Part shown: in pieces, positions 17,339-20,000 of the stretch
How positions within the stretch are numbered: position 1 is the first letter of the stretch
How the letters are laid out: every line of letters begins with the position of its first letter
Sequence record: SRR22947727_2045
Direction: 5' to 3' (one strand)
Length of the DNA: 20,000 nt
Translations under genes and position numbers: made by a program
The notes under the pieces: generated by a model
Seen by the model: only the letters and a program-made list of their open reading frames with translations
Database searches by the model: none
What the model was told of the DNA's origin: nothing

Positions 17339-17423
17339 GGGTACCAGGCTACGGCACAGGTGGCTCGGTCGCGTGGGCACGCGCGCGGAGCTGTGCAAGA
17401 CCCGTCAATGCCCTGCCGGAGCG

Positions 17424-17912
17424 CTAGATGGGCCAAACGAGCGCCAACATCACCAAAGCCGACGCTCCTAGGCACGCCACGGTGCGAAGGGAGTTCCACG
17501 TGGTCCAGCGAGGTCGATACACCTCTCGCCAATAGCGGTGGGCCTCAGAGCTGCTGGAGTCCATCGTGGCCAATGCCTGATTCAGCGGCACATTGCGGGA
17601 AGCGGTGGATATGAAGCACCCCAGCAGGTAAAGCAGGCCAGCGCCGATGATCATGTAGGAGCCAGGGGCAGAGCCCCAACCGATCTCATGAACGATCAAG
17701 AGAAGTGAGACGGGCGCCATTCCAATGAACAACGGCATGAATAGGGCGCGAAAGACTTGGTGATTTATCGCCTGCATGGTGTCTACGCCGGCGGGTTCAC
17801 CCACGCGGTCGAGGGCGCGCATGATGAAGTCCGAGAACGCCAGAAAAACTCCACCCAGCACCGCATAGGCCAAAGCTGAAAGGACCGCAACGACAGAAAA
17901 CCACGTAGACAC
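17424..17912 (-). CDS. DUF1772 / anthrone oxygenase-like membrane protein
   Basis: GVFLAFSDFIMRAL, MQAIN, RNVPLNQAL and W..Y...WTTWNSLRT motifs. GTG lies 6 nt after TAGCCT (17924-17919). Confidence 0.85.
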   Translation of the reverse strand: MSTWFSVVAVLSALAYAVLGGVFLAFSDFIMRALDRVGEPAGVDTMQAINHQVFRALFMPLFIGMAPVSLLLIVHEIGWGSAPGSYMIIGAGLLYLLGCFISTASRNVPLNQALATMDSSSSEAHRYWREVYRPRWTTWNSLRTVACLGASALVMLALVWPI

Positions 17913-18035
17913 GGCAGAAGGCTACTGAGTGGAAGTCGAGCAACGAGCGTTGTGCCAGACGGAACACTAACGTGACGTGCGATGACGCTCGCAGGCTTGT
18001 AATCTGCCGACACAACCGACAAGGAGAGGTCCGCG

Positions 18036-18305
18036 ATGAAATTAATCATTAACGTGCGAATCACGCAGGGATACGAGAAGTGGGTTGAACTTTTCCATTC
18101 CGCGACAGCCGTACGCGAGGAATACGGCGTCACCGTATTGGCCTTCGGCCACGACAAGGATGACGAGTCGAACGTTTATCAGGTGATCGAAATCGACTCC
18201 ATGGAGAAGATGCAAGAGGCGATGAGTAACCCCGAATTGCAGAAGATGCGAACCGACGCGGGAGTTGACCTCGACTCCCAGAAGATCACCTTCTTGGTGG
18301 AGTAG
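18036..18305 (+). CDS. Small alpha/beta protein, DUF3764-like / dimeric alpha-beta barrel (tentative)
   Basis: Strong AAGGAGAGG RBS. The pattern YEKW..F......R...G.......DD...V resembles DUF3764/ferredoxin-like barrel proteins; the family call is tentative. Confidence 0.6.
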   Translation: MKLIINVRITQGYEKWVELFHSATAVREEYGVTVLAFGHDKDDESNVYQVIEIDSMEKMQEAMSNPELQKMRTDAGVDLDSQKITFLVE

Positions 18306-18473
18306 TCGCAGCAGACTGGCTGCACCGGCCAAGGACCGTTGACTGTCTGATGCCGGCGACGGAATGCGACGTGTTGGTTACCTGCGCGTAATACGACGGC
18401 GGCAGACTTAGGTCCGTCTCCTTCTTCGGTTTGTGGACTGAGGCGCCTTCGTACCTGCTTTGTTGGAGGAAAC

Positions 18474-19925
18474 TTGTCCACCCTGGATCCCTTGCGCTGG
18501 AAAGCGCTCTTCGTTATCGCGATCGCTCAGTTGATGGTGATCTTGGACGCCACGATTGTCAACATCGCTCTTCCCTCCATCCAGGCGGATCTAGGGATCT
18601 CGGATGCCGATCGCCAATGGGTTGTCACCGCATACACGCTTACCTTCGGTGGCTTACTTCTCCTCGGCGGTCGCATTGCCGACTTCGCGGGCAGAAAACG
18701 AATGTTCATCGTCAGCCTTATTGCGTTCGCTGCAGCGTCGGCCTTGGGTGGCCTCGCTGCGAACGCCGGGCTGCTCTACGCAGCTCGCGGCCTGCAGGGT
18801 GTTTCGGCTGCGGTCCTGGCCCCCGCTGCCTTGGCTTTGATCAGCGTTACCTTCACGGACTCGAAAGAGCGAGCCAAGGCCTTCGCTGTCTATGGCGCCC
18901 TGTCCGGCGGTGGAGCGGCTATTGGGCTCGTACTCGGTGGCGCGTTGACCGAGTTCGCGTCCTGGCGTTGGACCTTATGGATCAATGTCCCTATCGCCCT
19001 TCTGGCGATCGCTCTGGCTATTCCTTTTGTGAGGGAGTCGCGCACTGAGGCCCGGACTGGGTACGACGTGCCCGGTGCCGTCACTGTGACCCTCGGACTG
19101 TTGGCCGTAATTTTTGGAATCACGCGCGCGGAAAGCGAAGGTTGGACCGGAACATCGACATTGGTCTTCCTCGGAGTCGGGCTCGTGTTGTTAGCGTTTT
19201 TCGTCGTTATCGAGTCTCGCTCGCCCCATCCGCTGCTTCCATTGCGAATACTGGCGAACCGGAATCGTGGCGGTGCCTATCTCGCCTCCTTCTTCATCGG
19301 CGTGGGGCTGTTCGCCATCTTCTTGTTCCTGTCCTACTTCTTCCAGGGTGTCTTGGGTTATTCACCGCTGGAGTCAGGCCTGCTCTTCCTCCCTCTGACC
19401 GCCGGAATCATCGTCAGTGCGGGAATCACCAGCCGACTGCTCCCCATCACCGGGCCACGGTTCATCACCGGAGGTGGATTCGCTCTCACCATCGTCGGTC
19501 TTCTCCTTCTTCAGAGAATGAGCGAAAACAGCACCTACGTAGGCGACATCCTTCCGTCCATGATCCTGGTGGGTCTGGGAATCGGCTTCGTGTTCGTCCC
19601 TTTGTCCGCGACCGCTCTATTCGGTGTGGGCGACGCGGACGCAGGGGTTGCCTCGGCGGTGTTGAACGCGGCCCAGCAGGTGGGTGGATCGGTCGGCGTT
19701 GCATTCTTGAACACCATCGCCACATCGGCGACGGCCGCATACATCGTTGCGAATCAACTCCCCGGGCCCAACGGCGCCGCATTGGTTGAGGGCTTCACCA
19801 CCGGGTTCTTGTGGAGCGCGGCCATCTTGCTGGTCGCGGGAGTGATTTGGCTTGTCCTGGTGACGATGACTGGCAAAGACATGGCGGACGATGAGGTGAA
19901 CGCAGATCGCCAGCCGCCGATATAG
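18474..19925 (+). CDS. MFS drug:H+ antiporter, DHA2 (EmrB/QacA) subfamily
   Basis: LDATIVNIALPSI, WVVTAYTL, GGRIADFAGRKR (motif A), RGLQG, GLVLGGALT (motif C), WRW...INVP, EGW, QQVGGSVG. TTG start after GGAGGA. Confidence 0.92.
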   Translation: MSTLDPLRWKALFVIAIAQLMVILDATIVNIALPSIQADLGISDADRQWVVTAYTLTFGGLLLLGGRIADFAGRKRMFIVSLIAFAAASALGGLAANAGLLYAARGLQGVSAAVLAPAALALISVTFTDSKERAKAFAVYGALSGGGAAIGLVLGGALTEFASWRWTLWINVPIALLAIALAIPFVRESRTEARTGYDVPGAVTVTLGLLAVIFGITRAESEGWTGTSTLVFLGVGLVLLAFFVVIESRSPHPLLPLRILANRNRGGAYLASFFIGVGLFAIFLFLSYFFQGVLGYSPLESGLLFLPLTAGIIVSAGITSRLLPITGPRFITGGGFALTIVGLLLLQRMSENSTYVGDILPSMILVGLGIGFVFVPLSATALFGVGDADAGVASAVLNAAQQVGGSVGVAFLNTIATSATAAYIVANQLPGPNGAALVEGFTTGFLWSAAILLVAGVIWLVLVTMTGKDMADDEVNADRQPPI

Positions 19926-19971
19926 GGGCGCTAGTGCCGCTTCATGACACGACCCCGGTCCGCGGGCCTCG

Positions 19972-20000
19972 TGGTGGGCCCAACCGGACTCGAACCGATG
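19972..20000 (-). tRNA. 3' part of a tRNA (T-arm, acceptor 3' strand, CCA); anticodon lies outside the window, possibly tRNA-Val
   Basis: Minus strand CATCGGTTCGAGTCCGGTTGGGCCCACCA: T-stem ATCGG/CCGGT around a TTCGAGT loop, acceptor strand TGGGCCC, discriminator A and encoded CCA. The isotype cannot be read from this window. Confidence 0.85.

Noticed and set aside
1-20000. CRISPR array, integrase/transposase, toxin-antitoxin or defence genes
   Set aside because: No regularly spaced repeats, or recombinase, transposase or nuclease motifs were seen in any listed ORF.

Overview
High-GC actinobacterial chromosomal segment; the taxonomy is inferred from gene content and many leaderless TANNNT promoters. 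Left part: the conserved aceE (pyruvate dehydrogenase E1) / DUF3052 / AhpE-type peroxiredoxin locus, then a TPP-riboswitch-led thiamine ABC importer operon (thiB-thiP-thiQ-like) with a FUSC/aromatic-acid-exporter-like gene translationally coupled to its end. Middle: a Gfo/Idh/MocA dehydrogenase divergent from a DUF1479 (YbiU/Gig2) oxygenase-like gene and a PNPOx-like flavoprotein gene, an orphan atypical multi-TM histidine kinase, a GNAT, DUF2834 and a DUF393-DUF2071 pair. Right (about 16.1-19.9 kb): a lower-GC patch of small genes (two unknown membrane proteins, DUF1772, an 89-aa alpha/beta protein, a DHA2 MFS pump) abutting the 3' end of a minus-strand tRNA cut by the window edge. The most striking unannotated element is a 31-aa leaderless microprotein absent from the ORF track (MTNPETQTEDAKDELELANDGGCGCSGCGCA, 17243-17338, minus), with an acidic N-terminus, Gly-Gly and a four-Cys tail. 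No integrase, transposase, CRISPR array or rRNA was seen. All family calls are by motif recognition, not database search.
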